Positions 19,869 through 29,304 of a stretch of 64,000 bases of DNA are shown here, piece after piece. Origin of the DNA: a virus (taxonomy: Duplodnaviria; Caudoviricetes). How positions within the stretch are numbered: position 1 is the stretch's first letter; every line of letters starts with the position of its first letter. The DNA lies in the IMG/VR virus record IMGVR_UViG_2909979649_000007, positions 1 to 64,000 of that record; one strand, written 5' to 3'. The translations under genes were made by a program, and so were the position numbers. The notes below the pieces were generated by a model. It was not told the DNA's origin and made no database searches. It saw only the letters and a program-made list of their open reading frames with translations.

Positions 19869-20540
19869 TTATCCTTTTAAGGTTTGAATAAGGGATTGCA
19901 ATTGATTCACGGTACTTGATAACTCAGCGTCGCGCTGATTCAAGGCGTGATAACCATCGGCCATTAAGCCTCTGGCTTGGGCTCGCGATAAACCGGCTTC
20001 GCGCAGGAATCGCTCAAAGGTTTTGGGGCCACCGTCAATGGCGGATTTAACGCCATCCACCGTGGCCGATTCATTGGCAGGAAATGTTACTAAGGACACT
20101 TCCCATAATTTCACTTGCTTTAGACGATAGGTGTCGGTGTCTTCATCCCATTCACCACCACCTTTGGGAAGAGTAAAGCCAATCGATAACCCGGTGACTG
20201 AACCCGCTTTTAAATGGGCATACGCCCGCTTCGCTAAGGGATCATCGTCTATTAATAATTTGCCCTCTACATACAGGCCGTGGTTATCCTCCATCATTTT
20301 GGTATAGACGCCGATGGGCTCGTCATAACGATGCTGCCACAATAAAGCGGGTAATTTATTTTTCTGTTGCCACTGATTCAGTGATTGTAAAAAAGCGCCT
20401 TTTTCAACCACATCACCGTAACTGTCTTCCACATCAAACACCGAGCCATAACCCGCAAATACCCCTGACTCGTCTATCGATTTAATTTCAAAGGGTTTAG
20501 CAATCTTAGTGAGTTTCATTTTTTTCTGGCTCTTTGCCAT
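19869..20540 (-). CDS. HK97-family prohead protease
   Basis: FAGYGSVF, LLWQH, GLSIGF and EVSLVTFPAN motifs. Confidence 0.95.
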   Translation of the reverse strand: MAKSQKKMKLTKIAKPFEIKSIDESGVFAGYGSVFDVEDSYGDVVEKGAFLQSLNQWQQKNKLPALLWQHRYDEPIGVYTKMMEDNHGLYVEGKLLIDDDPLAKRAYAHLKAGSVTGLSIGFTLPKGGGEWDEDTDTYRLKQVKLWEVSLVTFPANESATVDGVKSAIDGGPKTFERFLREAGLSRAQARGLMADGYHALNQRDAELSSTVNQLQSLIQTLKG

Positions 20541-21714
20541 TAATCAGCATATTCATGGGGGTTAAATAAATATCACCGCCCTCCCTTGGGTCTAAATCTT
20601 CCAGTGCCCGAATTTCATTGGGGGATAAGGAGCCGGTTTGTTGCAGCTTGGTGTAAAACTCAGCACGGGATTTCATATCCCCTCGCAACAGGCTATTCAC
20701 ATTAAACTTGGCAAAGTGGCTGGCACGTTTGGCTTCAGGAATTAAACTCACCTGAATACGTTGTTCAATCCGGGTTAAATACGGCACCAGTGCATTGACC
20801 ACAAATTCTTGGGCTTGATGTTCAATATTGGAAAACGTGGCTTTTTCTAAATCACCCACCATATGGGGTGGCACGCGAAATAATCCACAAATTTCCGAAC
20901 GTTGGTATTTGCGGGTTTCTAAAAACTGAGCATCATCTGACGTCATGCCCACACTCACCCATTTTAAGCCAGCCTCTAAAATCGCGACTTTATGAGCGTT
21001 ATCTAACCCTTGATATTGATCGTCCCAACTTTGTTTAACACGCTTAACCACATCATCCGTTAACTGCTGATCCGTGCTTAAAATGCCCCCAGGACGTGCC
21101 CCATTACTGAATAATTTCGAACCGTGTTTTTCCGTGGCTAAACCCAAGCCAATGGCATTACGGGCATAGCTAATGGGTGACACACCTTTGATGCCATCAA
21201 CGGAAAACCCCTTCACATGAAACACTTCATCAGCGGTAAGAATGTCGCGGCTACCATTAGCGAAGGTGACATCATAAACCAGGGTGTAATTGTCCAGTAA
21301 TTTGGGTTCTACGTTATCCGGGTTTAAGGGTAATAGTTCCCGTAGTTCACCCTTTACCGTATTTTTATAGGCGTAAAAATTACCGCGCAAACATAAATGG
21401 GTAATGCACAACTCCCATAACTCTTGGGACGTCATATAACTGTTCGGCGACAGTTTAAGTAGGCTATAAAGACGACTCCCAGTGGCTTTTACCCGTTTTT
21501 CACCTTGCTGCACAAAATAATTCAGCGGTAACTGGCCAACCGATTCAGCCAATACCCGAATACAGGAAAACACCGTGCAACAACGCATGGCACTCTCAGG
21601 CGTAACCGTGATATTGGTATCGGTTTCATAACCCATGCCTAACGCTTGCAGCAAAGCATGCGAATCAAATGGGACCGCCTGACTTTTGGTAAACAGTTTT
21701 TTAAAAAAACTCAT
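20506..21714 (-). CDS. HK97-family portal protein
   Basis: VFSCIRVLAESV, RGNFYAY, FSNGARPGGIL, FRVPPHMVG. Confidence 0.95.
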   Translation of the reverse strand: MSFFKKLFTKSQAVPFDSHALLQALGMGYETDTNITVTPESAMRCCTVFSCIRVLAESVGQLPLNYFVQQGEKRVKATGSRLYSLLKLSPNSYMTSQELWELCITHLCLRGNFYAYKNTVKGELRELLPLNPDNVEPKLLDNYTLVYDVTFANGSRDILTADEVFHVKGFSVDGIKGVSPISYARNAIGLGLATEKHGSKLFSNGARPGGILSTDQQLTDDVVKRVKQSWDDQYQGLDNAHKVAILEAGLKWVSVGMTSDDAQFLETRKYQRSEICGLFRVPPHMVGDLEKATFSNIEHQAQEFVVNALVPYLTRIEQRIQVSLIPEAKRASHFAKFNVNSLLRGDMKSRAEFYTKLQQTGSLSPNEIRALEDLDPREGGDIYLTPMNMLINGKEPEKNETH

Positions 21715-23408
21715 AGAAAACGAATGCCGTGGTTTTCGTACACTTTATTTAATGAAGGATTATCATCGTCGAGCATGGAGCGACCAATACCCATAATTAA
21801 TGCAACGGCACCATCAATTTTATTATGGGGCTTTTCTTTGCGCGGAAAGATATTTTCGTTAGCGTCTTCTTTCACCGTGACGTTCGACATCATCCAAGTT
21901 AAGATGGGGTTGCCATCGTGGTGAAGTCGCTGCGCTTTTATCGCTGCCTCTAACTCTTTCATCGCCGGTGAAAAGTTGGAGGTGGTTTGAGGAAATTTAA
22001 CCGGATTTAAATGGTATTGATCCAGCTCTTGTGCCAGTTGTACCGCGCCCCAAGGGTCGTGGGGAATTTCCCTGACTTGATGCTGCTCGGATAGTTCTAG
22101 AATATCTTGCCTGACTTGGCTGTAATCAATTTCAGCCCCATCAGTTTTCGTTAAATAACCCTCGTTTAACCACTGCTGATACGCGGAATGGTTTTTATTA
22201 TTCTCGTCATAGATCGTGTCTTCCGGTAAATAGTGACGAGAAAAGGCATAATAATGCTGTTTATCTGCGACTTGACGGGTAAATACCTGCACAAAAGAAC
22301 AAATATCAATGTGTGATGAAAGGTCAATCGCAAAAACAGCCTCATCCCCTTTAAAATCATCAAGGGATAACCCTTTATCACAGCACCGATGCCAATCGAC
22401 TAAATTAATCCAGGCTTCTCGGGCATTGACCCAAACATTCAGGTGCTTCGTTTTAAATGGATTTTGGCGGCTGGCATTGGCAACGGCACTGGCTTGCTGG
22501 GATAATAAAAAATCCTCCAATACCGATACATTGTAATTCGGATTGGCTTTGATTAATGCTTCCGGTTGGGTCCAGTCGTCGTCTTCATCAATGGTATAAA
22601 TGAGTCCCCACAGTTCATCATTCGGCACGGAACCGTTAAGGATATTAATCACTTCTTGTCGTTTATCATAACAAGGCCCAGCAATGTTAAAGCCTGCCGT
22701 GGTAATCACAAATAATAATGGCTGTTCCCGCGCTCCCATGCCTGAACGCATGGTGTCGTATAAATCACTGGTTTGATGCTCGTGGTACTCATCAATTAAT
22801 GCACAACTCGGTGAAGCACCATCACCCGGGTTACCAATCAACGGTTCAAAGCGGGCATGGTCTAATACAATATGCATGTTTTTGGCGTTGACTTGAATGC
22901 CCGCATGTTCCTGCAGCTTCGGCCTTTTCTCGACCATGATTTTGGCCGGTCGAAATACTTCCCAGGCTTGTTTTTCAGTGGTGGCACCTGAATACACTTC
23001 CGCACCAAACTCACCATCCATGGCAAAGCAATATAAGCCAACGCCTGCCGCCAAAATGGACTTGCCGTTTTTACGGGGGACTTCGTAATACACCTCACGA
23101 TAACGGCGGGTGTGGTCTTTTTTCTTGCACCAGCCAAACGGCACACCAAACGCAAAACACTGCCAGGGTTCTAACTGAATATTTTGCTTTTTAGAGGCCC
23201 ACTTGCCTTTGGTATGCGGCAGTAGCTGAACAAATTTACAAATACGCTCGGCTTTTTCCTCATCAAAATAATAAGGGAAATCAGGGTCATCAACTTGGGT
23301 TAAATCGGTTAAATGGCGCTGACATGCTTGAATAACGTATTGGCAAGCCGGTATATCACCAGCGACCACCGCCTTCGCGTAATGTTGAGCGCGCTCGTAA
23401 TTCATCAT
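21711..23408 (-). CDS. terL: Terminase large subunit
   Basis: Walker A VPRKNGKS, IDEYHEH, KIDGAVALIM. Confidence 0.96.
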   Translation of the reverse strand: MMNYERAQHYAKAVVAGDIPACQYVIQACQRHLTDLTQVDDPDFPYYFDEEKAERICKFVQLLPHTKGKWASKKQNIQLEPWQCFAFGVPFGWCKKKDHTRRYREVYYEVPRKNGKSILAAGVGLYCFAMDGEFGAEVYSGATTEKQAWEVFRPAKIMVEKRPKLQEHAGIQVNAKNMHIVLDHARFEPLIGNPGDGASPSCALIDEYHEHQTSDLYDTMRSGMGAREQPLLFVITTAGFNIAGPCYDKRQEVINILNGSVPNDELWGLIYTIDEDDDWTQPEALIKANPNYNVSVLEDFLLSQQASAVANASRQNPFKTKHLNVWVNAREAWINLVDWHRCCDKGLSLDDFKGDEAVFAIDLSSHIDICSFVQVFTRQVADKQHYYAFSRHYLPEDTIYDENNKNHSAYQQWLNEGYLTKTDGAEIDYSQVRQDILELSEQHQVREIPHDPWGAVQLAQELDQYHLNPVKFPQTTSNFSPAMKELEAAIKAQRLHHDGNPILTWMMSNVTVKEDANENIFPRKEKPHNKIDGAVALIMGIGRSMLDDDNPSLNKVYENHGIRFL

Positions 23409-23857
23409 AAATTAAATTCGTTGGTTTCTTCCGCTGGCTGGCCAACCGCTAATCGAGCACGACTGGCAGGATCAAGACCCAACTTGGCACCGTAGCTATC
23501 CACCTGTTTAATGGATTCGTTCGCCACGGTACAAGCCGGGTTTTTCTTTAAGTTACCGTTGTTATCTGTGACCATAATGCCGTGTTGTTCTATCGCTGCT
23601 TCAGCGGCACGCCAACGCGCGTATGCCGTACAAAAGATTTCCAGGTTATGAAAATCGACTTCAGTTAACACACCACTCTTGATTAACTTCGGGGCTAGAT
23701 AGCCCCACAACTCCGTAGCAGTGGCATCCAACCAGGCAGGCGGGTCAACATTAGTCAGTGCACCATAACTCGGTTCATCATGATTTAAAGCCCGTTTGCC
23801 GGGATTCCCTGCGAGTAACTTCTGCTGGGTGGGCTTTGGTTTTCGACCTCTAGCCAT
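23405..23857 (-). CDS. terS: Terminase small subunit (P27 family)
   Basis: GRKPKPT...GNPGKRALN...LGLDPASRARL. Confidence 0.93.
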   Translation of the reverse strand: MARGRKPKPTQQKLLAGNPGKRALNHDEPSYGALTNVDPPAWLDATATELWGYLAPKLIKSGVLTEVDFHNLEIFCTAYARWRAAEAAIEQHGIMVTDNNGNLKKNPACTVANESIKQVDSYGAKLGLDPASRARLAVGQPAEETNEFNL

Positions 23858-23859
23858 CG

Positions 23860-23960
23860 CATGTTGTAATTTTTAATTTCGCGGGAATAAAAAAATTCTT
23901 GAAACGCTCGATACCTAGCTACAAGCCCCAGAGATTAACCCCGCCCCTCCCCTTGCAGGA
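23860..23960 (-). other. Probable cos region
   Basis: Non-coding gap between HNH and terS, with G-rich GGGGAGGGGCGGGG and TTTTTTATTCCCGCG; position typical of HK97-like phages. Confidence 0.5.
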
Positions 23961-24018
23961 ATTTAATAGCAGGACATTAATCATCTTTAGCGTTGCTTAC
24001 AAAGGCTCTCAGACAGTC

Positions 24019-24384
24019 TTAGCGACGATAATTTTTTTCTTGATCGGTTTTTTTCTGGTGGCAAGCACGACAGATAGCCTGTAGATTTTCAAGCGCATCA
24101 TCACCACCTTGGCTCTTGGGTTTAATGTGGTCAACACTATTCGCAGGTGTATATTTATTCATTAATAAACACATTTGGCATAGATAAGTATCACGCTCTA
24201 ATACCTGCTTTCGCAGTCTTTCCCATGGTTTGCCATAGCCACGCTGGTGGCGGTTGCCTTTGTTCTTTTGCCATTGAGTCCAGCCTGACGCCTGTTGTTT
24301 ATGTTGCTCACAATAACCGTGTTTTTCTCGGGTTAAACCATTGCAACCTAATGATCGACAAGGACGAGGTGTGCGCTTAGGCAT
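24019..24384 (-). CDS. Terminase-associated HNH endonuclease (HK97 gp74-like)
   Basis: CQMC...VDHIKP...NLQAICRACH. Confidence 0.9.
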   Translation of the reverse strand: MPKRTPRPCRSLGCNGLTREKHGYCEQHKQQASGWTQWQKNKGNRHQRGYGKPWERLRKQVLERDTYLCQMCLLMNKYTPANSVDHIKPKSQGGDDALENLQAICRACHQKKTDQEKNYRR

Positions 24385-24486
24385 GATGTTCTTTAGTGTT
24401 GCTATCTACGTCAGTAGTAGTTAGTGAGTAATTAAATAGTGAAGAGACTAAAACGACTAATAAGATAAATCGCATAATAAATACCT

Positions 24487-24510
24487 AAAAAAAAGCCCAC
24501 CGAAGTGGGC
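24487..24510 (-). terminator. Intrinsic terminator
   Basis: GCCCAC-TTCG-GTGGGC followed by T8. Confidence 0.85.
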
Positions 24511-24538
24511 AAGCTTCCTTTTGAGTTTACTGGTTAAA

Positions 24539-25270
24539 TTAATGCACTAATAATGCTTGATTCAACTGTTTTGCTAGAAATGTTAGTCCTTTTGGGGTAA
24601 CCCTAACTTGCTCAACTATCTTTTCTGTTCCATCGGAACGGTATACTTCAGTCACTTTATGTTCTAACAGGCCACGTTGAATTTTATCCTGATACGCTAT
24701 CCAGTTGGCATTACCGGTCCGGCGATATATCCATTTATTTTCAGATAACCAATTAAATAAATCTTTTGGCCTCACTTGTAAGTCTTTAGCTGCATTAGTA
24801 ATGCACAATGCACCATCGGATTCAGCAATGCGATGATAGGCCTCTGCTTGCGGTTTCATTACTTCTATTTGCAGGCTTTGTTCTTGTATTTTTTCCATTG
24901 ATTGAGCCAAGATACCTGCAATTTGTTGTGGATTAGACCAATCAATTTGAGTTAGTCCATAGCTGCCAGTTTTGCGAATACTTGGCAATACTTCTCCCAT
25001 TACCCACTCTTCAAACTTTTGAGCCTCTGGAAGTTTAGATTTAACAATTAACCTAAATATATCACTTTCCGGAATGATCGCTAACTCTTGAACTCCACTA
25101 GTGGTGGGGAGGTAACGTTTCGTTACCCCCTTACAATGACGACCTATTGTAGCGTTTGGATTGCTATAACCTAATAGTTTTGCAACATCTTTAGCCACAA
25201 ACCAAGGTTCACCATTTTTGTCGATAACACGAATTGATGAGTGATTAAATTCGAAAGGAATAATATTCAT
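24539..25270 (-). CDS. BRO-N / KilAC antirepressor-like protein
   Basis: PWFVAKDVAKLLGY, WVMGEVLPSIRKTGSY, QVRVTPKGL. Confidence 0.9.
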   Translation of the reverse strand: MNIIPFEFNHSSIRVIDKNGEPWFVAKDVAKLLGYSNPNATIGRHCKGVTKRYLPTTSGVQELAIIPESDIFRLIVKSKLPEAQKFEEWVMGEVLPSIRKTGSYGLTQIDWSNPQQIAGILAQSMEKIQEQSLQIEVMKPQAEAYHRIAESDGALCITNAAKDLQVRPKDLFNWLSENKWIYRRTGNANWIAYQDKIQRGLLEHKVTEVYRSDGTEKIVEQVRVTPKGLTFLAKQLNQALLVH

Positions 25271-25340
25271 AAATTACCTATCTTCTTTGTTGTTTTAAAA
25301 AAAAACCACAGGGCGTGGGCAAAGGTTGGTGGTTAGCTAT

Positions 25341-25562
25341 TTACTCTTTATCAGGTGATGATGCACCACCATACATTTCCCGATAAAAACGTTCTGTTTC
25401 ACGCCTATCTTGTCGATGCTTATAAATCCAATTAACCACAACGGTAGTTGTAGTGAGAATAACACCGATGATTACACCCCAGTCTTTGACTGTCATACCT
25501 GCAATTACGGTTGCTGCACTTGCAACATAAGGGGCATTAGAAATGATTTTTTCAGTCACCAT
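25341..25562 (-). CDS. Holin-like protein (HP1-type)
   Basis: Two hydrophobic segments and VNWIYKHRQDRRE charged tail; lysis region. Confidence 0.6.
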   Translation of the reverse strand: MVTEKIISNAPYVASAATVIAGMTVKDWGVIIGVILTTTTVVVNWIYKHRQDRRETERFYREMYGGASSPDKE

Positions 25563-25582
25563 TGGACTAACCGTGTTGTCAG

Positions 25583-25975
25583 TTACTTTCCAAATCGTTT
25601 TGTTAAATACTGAACTAACACACTACGCAGTATTCTTCTAAATCCAAAGGTATCAATAAATACAAGGGCTAAGGCGTATAAGTACCATTCAGGCACACTG
25701 GCTTTTAAAGCATCAAAACCATCCTGAATATAAATGCTCATACCAGGTACAAAGCAAATGACTAGCGGGAACACCGTAATAATCAACAAAAAGTCATCTT
25801 TCCAGCCACGCGACTGAATGCTTATCGAATCAAGCTCTGAGGCACTGATATTACCTTGCTGTATTTCGTCTAATTGCTTTTGGTGAATGGCTTGTTTTAG
25901 TTCGGCTTTGTGTTGTTTGTTGGTTAAATAGGATTGAAATAAACTACTAACGGCTGTGACGATAGTGGCTATCAT
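25583..25975 (-). CDS. Holin-like membrane protein
   Basis: GWKDDFLLII...PEWYLYALALVF; located in the lysis cassette. Confidence 0.55.
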   Translation of the reverse strand: MIATIVTAVSSLFQSYLTNKQHKAELKQAIHQKQLDEIQQGNISASELDSISIQSRGWKDDFLLIITVFPLVICFVPGMSIYIQDGFDALKASVPEWYLYALALVFIDTFGFRRILRSVLVQYLTKRFGK

Positions 25976-26117
25976 TTGGTTTGCACTTTCTATTTAAGTA
26001 GTCTTGGGAATACTTACTGCGTTGGTAATTACAGTAAACTAATAAACCAAGGGCAGGTAATGCAATGCCAATAAAGGCAGCTGCAAGAATGATGAAAAAG
26101 CTAATCGTTAATTCCAT
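25947..26117 (-). CDS. Small single-TM protein in the lysis cassette
   Basis: MELTISFFIILAAAFIGIALPALGLLVY; start chosen at the ATG at 26117. Confidence 0.45.
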   Translation of the reverse strand: MELTISFFIILAAAFIGIALPALGLLVYCNYQRSKYSQDYLNRKCKPNDSHYRHSR

Positions 26118-26523
26118 TCTGGCTATATTTCCTAATATCCTTAACCGAAATCCACCACTCAGGCACATCAAAGTTAGGGCAGGTTTTACCCGAGTCTAAA
26201 TCACAATGGCCAACCACTTCAGCATCAGGATATTTCAATAGCCAGTCGTCAATTACTTTTCCTAAGCTAACTAACTGAGCGGAAGTAATGCAATCACGGC
26301 CAATTAAGCATACACCTAAACTGTGTTGATTGTGGTTTTTAACATGTGCGCCAGGCCAATAGTCAGGGCGTCCATTTTCAACTGTGCCATCACGTTTAAT
26401 GACTTTGTGATAACCAATGCCGTCCCACCCCCGTTCTTTATGCCATCGATGGATATCCTCAGCTGATATATCTCTATCGTCGGGTGTATCAGAACAATGA
26501 ACAACGAGTTTAGTGATTTTCAT
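26101..26523 (-). CDS. Endolysin, T7-lysozyme-type N-acetylmuramoyl-L-alanine amidase
   Basis: VVHCSDTP, GWDGIGYH, VVGHCDL..KTCPNFDV. Confidence 0.93.
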   Translation of the reverse strand: MKITKLVVHCSDTPDDRDISAEDIHRWHKERGWDGIGYHKVIKRDGTVENGRPDYWPGAHVKNHNQHSLGVCLIGRDCITSAQLVSLGKVIDDWLLKYPDAEVVGHCDLDSGKTCPNFDVPEWWISVKDIRKYSQNGIND

Positions 26524-26525
26524 AG

Positions 26526-26699
26526 TTAAAAAGAATTAACTTGCTCTAAAGCGGATTTAGGGAATACGTCTTTATGTGGGGTAGCGCCATCAAACCAACG
26601 ACATTCGACAGCTGAAGTGTTTACATTAATAACAGTCATCACCGGTCCGCCTGATTTTAATCTAACAAGCGAGCCAGCATATAAGCTAGTAGTGTCCAT
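26526..26699 (-). CDS. YodC/DUF2158-family small protein
   Basis: GSLVRLKSGGPVMTV...CRWFDG; probable ATG at 26699. Confidence 0.8.
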   Translation of the reverse strand: MDTTSLYAGSLVRLKSGGPVMTVINVNTSAVECRWFDGATPHKDVFPKSALEQVNSF

Positions 26700-26736
26700 A
26701 GTGATATCTAGTAGGGAAATGGTTTTCTGCAGGCAT

Positions 26737-26766
26737 AAAAAAAGCCCCATCGAATGATAGGGCTTT
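26737..26766 (-). terminator. tR'-like terminator upstream of the lysis and late genes
   Basis: AAAGCCC...GGGGCTTTTTTT hairpin about 60 nt downstream of the late promoter. Confidence 0.75.
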
Positions 26767-26828
26767 CTTCTCAAGACTTTCTATACTCGAATGAATTTTG
26801 ATTAGACGCAAAAATACATTCTGGAAAA

Positions 26829-26857
26829 ATAGTACACAATTCACCGACCTCTGTCAA
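26829..26857 (-). promoter_or_regulatory. pR'-like late promoter
   Basis: TTGACA-17 nt-TACTAT overlapping the Q stop codon. Confidence 0.8.
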
Positions 26858-27432
26858 AGGGATTTTTTATTTTTTTCCAAATATTCACTTAAATGAAAAA
26901 TAATTTGAGCATGCCATTTATGAACTTGCTTTAAGCATACTTCATAACGTGCATACCAACGTTCACGCCAGCACTTTTCAAATATACCGCAAAACTCTGC
27001 TTGCTTCATTTTAGTTAGTGGTCTTTTGCCATCATTACAATTGCACTTTCTGAATTTATTAGATCGTTTGTCAATGCCTGTTCCTTTACATACATCACAT
27101 AGGTTTTCGAATACTATTTCGTTAATCATTAATCGGGCAAATTGCTTAAAGAACATTAAGGAGCGCTTTTTGTCATTTGGCCATGGTTCGCGCCATTTTT
27201 CCCTCACCCCCACACGAATTACATATTCCTGCACCAATCTATCCAATTCATGCAACACAGTCTTATCACCTGCATACTTTAACAGCCCTAATAAGTACGC
27301 CTCTCGTGGTAGGTTGCCCATACCCAATGCACCGGCAACATCTTCAGCGGTTAATTGGGGAGTACCTCCAGCTACACCTTCATAATTGATACTGCCATGG
27401 GCTAATAATGCCATTACGTTTGCATTTACCAT
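26854..27432 (-). CDS. Late antiterminator Q-like protein
   Basis: LTAEDVAGALG, CDVCKGTG zinc finger; directly upstream of the pR'/tR' layout. Confidence 0.8.
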   Translation of the reverse strand: MVNANVMALLAHGSINYEGVAGGTPQLTAEDVAGALGMGNLPREAYLLGLLKYAGDKTVLHELDRLVQEYVIRVGVREKWREPWPNDKKRSLMFFKQFARLMINEIVFENLCDVCKGTGIDKRSNKFRKCNCNDGKRPLTKMKQAEFCGIFEKCWRERWYARYEVCLKQVHKWHAQIIFHLSEYLEKNKKSL

Positions 27433-27671
27433 ACTTCACTCCTTCAAGGGTTTATTCGTTCTTACTAATATGGTCTTAGCCTCTCTAGCACGATAAGTAG
27501 CGGCAAATTGGAGGCTTTATTCTTGTTGTTGGTTTTCTTGATTTATGCTTGTTGATTTGGTGTTAGCCGCTCTAATTCAGGTATTAGCAGCTGATTTAGG
27601 CTTAATACGTTGTACTTAGTTTATTGTGTGTTCCACCCCCTAATTCGGTCTCAGGCTGTCTAGCACGCCTA

Positions 27672-27989
27672 CTAGGAACTAGCAGACAACAGCTTTTGTA
27701 TCAGTTCTACCGCTCGGCCACTGTGGATTAGCTCGCTGTTGCAGCGGTAGATGTTCCAGCCGAGGCTCATTGCTTCGTGGTATTTCTCCATATCGCTGGC
27801 AAAGCCTTTACCCCGGTTGTGCCTTCCGTTTACCCATCCGCCTCCTTCTACCTCTACTGCTAACTTTTTATCTGGCCAAGCAAAGTCAAAGCGCCACTTT
27901 CTTGTGGGATGGAACTTGTATTCGCTTACTGGCATGGGGAGCTTGTGGGCTTTTAAGTAAAGTTCTAAGGTTAACTCCAATTGACTCAT
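27672..27989 (-). CDS. Small PD-(D/E)XK endonuclease (DUF559-like)
   Basis: EYKFHPTRKWRFDFAWPDKKLAVEVEGG. Confidence 0.8.
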   Translation of the reverse strand: MSQLELTLELYLKAHKLPMPVSEYKFHPTRKWRFDFAWPDKKLAVEVEGGGWVNGRHNRGKGFASDMEKYHEAMSLGWNIYRCNSELIHSGRAVELIQKLLSASS

Positions 27990-28164
27990 ATCAAACCCTG
28001 GGTTGTTTTATGACTTACCATTCATTTATTGTTAGCCAAGTAGACTTCACATGTTGTATTGTCTGGCTCGATTTGTATAAGACACTTAAAGCCATTCGTT
28101 ATGGTGCATTGCCTCAGCCTTCCTTCTGTTCGTCCGTACTTTTTTGCTGAGGTAATGCTTTTTT

Positions 28165-28446
28165 TTAACATCGCTCTATCGAATGACCACATAACTGGCT
28201 TAGTTTTAAATACACCTCATACATAGCTTGAGCTTCATTATCTGGTTCACTGCGGGTATGCCATTCAACTACTCCATCTAGGCTGTATGTGTTGCCTTTT
28301 CCGTCTTCCCATACCCACTGACCGGGCTTTACGTTTATTGCAGTTTTACTGACTGCAGGTTTGGCTAACTGCTTGAACATTGATTTTGGAAACTGCTGTT
28401 TTATGAGTGGCAAGTTGATGCTTGTCATTTTGTTTCCCTTATCCAA
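28165..28446 (-). CDS. Hypothetical phage protein
   Basis: ORF overlapping the upstream gene in the operon. Confidence 0.55.
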   Translation of the reverse strand: MDKGNKMTSINLPLIKQQFPKSMFKQLAKPAVSKTAINVKPGQWVWEDGKGNTYSLDGVVEWHTRSEPDNEAQAMYEVYLKLSQLCGHSIERC

Positions 28447-28787
28447 GTTTTTAATCCTTCTGGTAGAGGACAGTGGTTTTTAGCAAGTAGGTGTAAGCAT
28501 TCGATGTACAGCTGGTGTTGGGTACCGTAGCGTTTTTCAAATCGGGTTTTGTATGGGTGAATTGCCCAGCCTTTTAATATGTTATGGCCGGTGCCGTCTT
28601 GGTGGTGTCCAGCACATAGAGGCAATACATACCAATGAGCGTGGTCTTTTGTTCTGCCATCTATGTGGTGGATTGATACCCAGTTGTTGTGGCAACCAGC
28701 TTTTCTACATGCAATACAGCCGACGTGTTCTGCCAAGGCATCATGAAATAGCTTTTGTTCTTTGGTTACTGTACGTCCAGATAGCAA
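28425..28787 (-). CDS. Ref-like (HNH-class) recombination enhancement nuclease
   Basis: GCIACR...IHHIDGRTK...VLPLCAGHHQ. Confidence 0.8.
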   Translation of the reverse strand: MLSGRTVTKEQKLFHDALAEHVGCIACRKAGCHNNWVSIHHIDGRTKDHAHWYVLPLCAGHHQDGTGHNILKGWAIHPYKTRFEKRYGTQHQLYIECLHLLAKNHCPLPEGLKTWIRETK

Positions 28788-28878
28788 TTTGTTGCTCCTG
28801 AATCTAAATTGAAAAAATAAACTGGTTTAAAACCGAGGAATTAGATTAATTATGAAGGGAAAAAAGAGTTGTGTTTAG

Positions 28879-28931
28879 GTGCAACGTTGCACTTTCGTAA
28901 TTTTTTAAGCGAACTGTTTTAGTTCGCTTAA
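28879..28931. promoter_or_regulatory. Perfect 14-bp palindrome plus an 11-bp-stem hairpin at the downstream edge of the radical SAM moron
   Basis: GTGCAACGTTGCAC (28879-92); TTAAGCGAACT-gtttt-AGTTCGCTTAA (28905-31). Confidence 0.55.
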
Positions 28932-28965
28932 ATTATTTTTTGCAACAACTATCAAAAGACTGTAT

Positions 28966-29286
28966 TTACTGTAGAAATGATTGCGGGGTAGGCTTTAGCA
29001 TATTGACTCGTGTCTTCTCACGAATAATCATATCTGCAATTTTGGGACGTATATTATTTTTCCAATGATCACTACCATACACTCGGTCATACAGCTGTTG
29101 TTTCTCTTCCTTATTTTTATACCTACGCAACCAAATATAACAGTTCTCGTCTTCAGTATCGATAAAGCTTCCAATTACTAGCATACCTTGAGATAGCTGA
29201 AATGGAATAATACACGTTTCCATTATTTTAATGAAGTCGTTTATCATGCCGGGTTGGATATAATAATATCGAAGTTCATATAACAT
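28966..29286 (-). CDS. NIPSNAP-family protein
   Basis: MLYELRYYYIQPG...VIGSF...YIWLRRY...LKPTP.S. Confidence 0.88.
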   Translation of the reverse strand: MLYELRYYYIQPGMINDFIKIMETCIIPFQLSQGMLVIGSFIDTEDENCYIWLRRYKNKEEKQQLYDRVYGSDHWKNNIRPKIADMIIREKTRVNMLKPTPQSFLQ

Positions 29287-29304
29287 ATTTATCTTTATTC
29301 CTAA

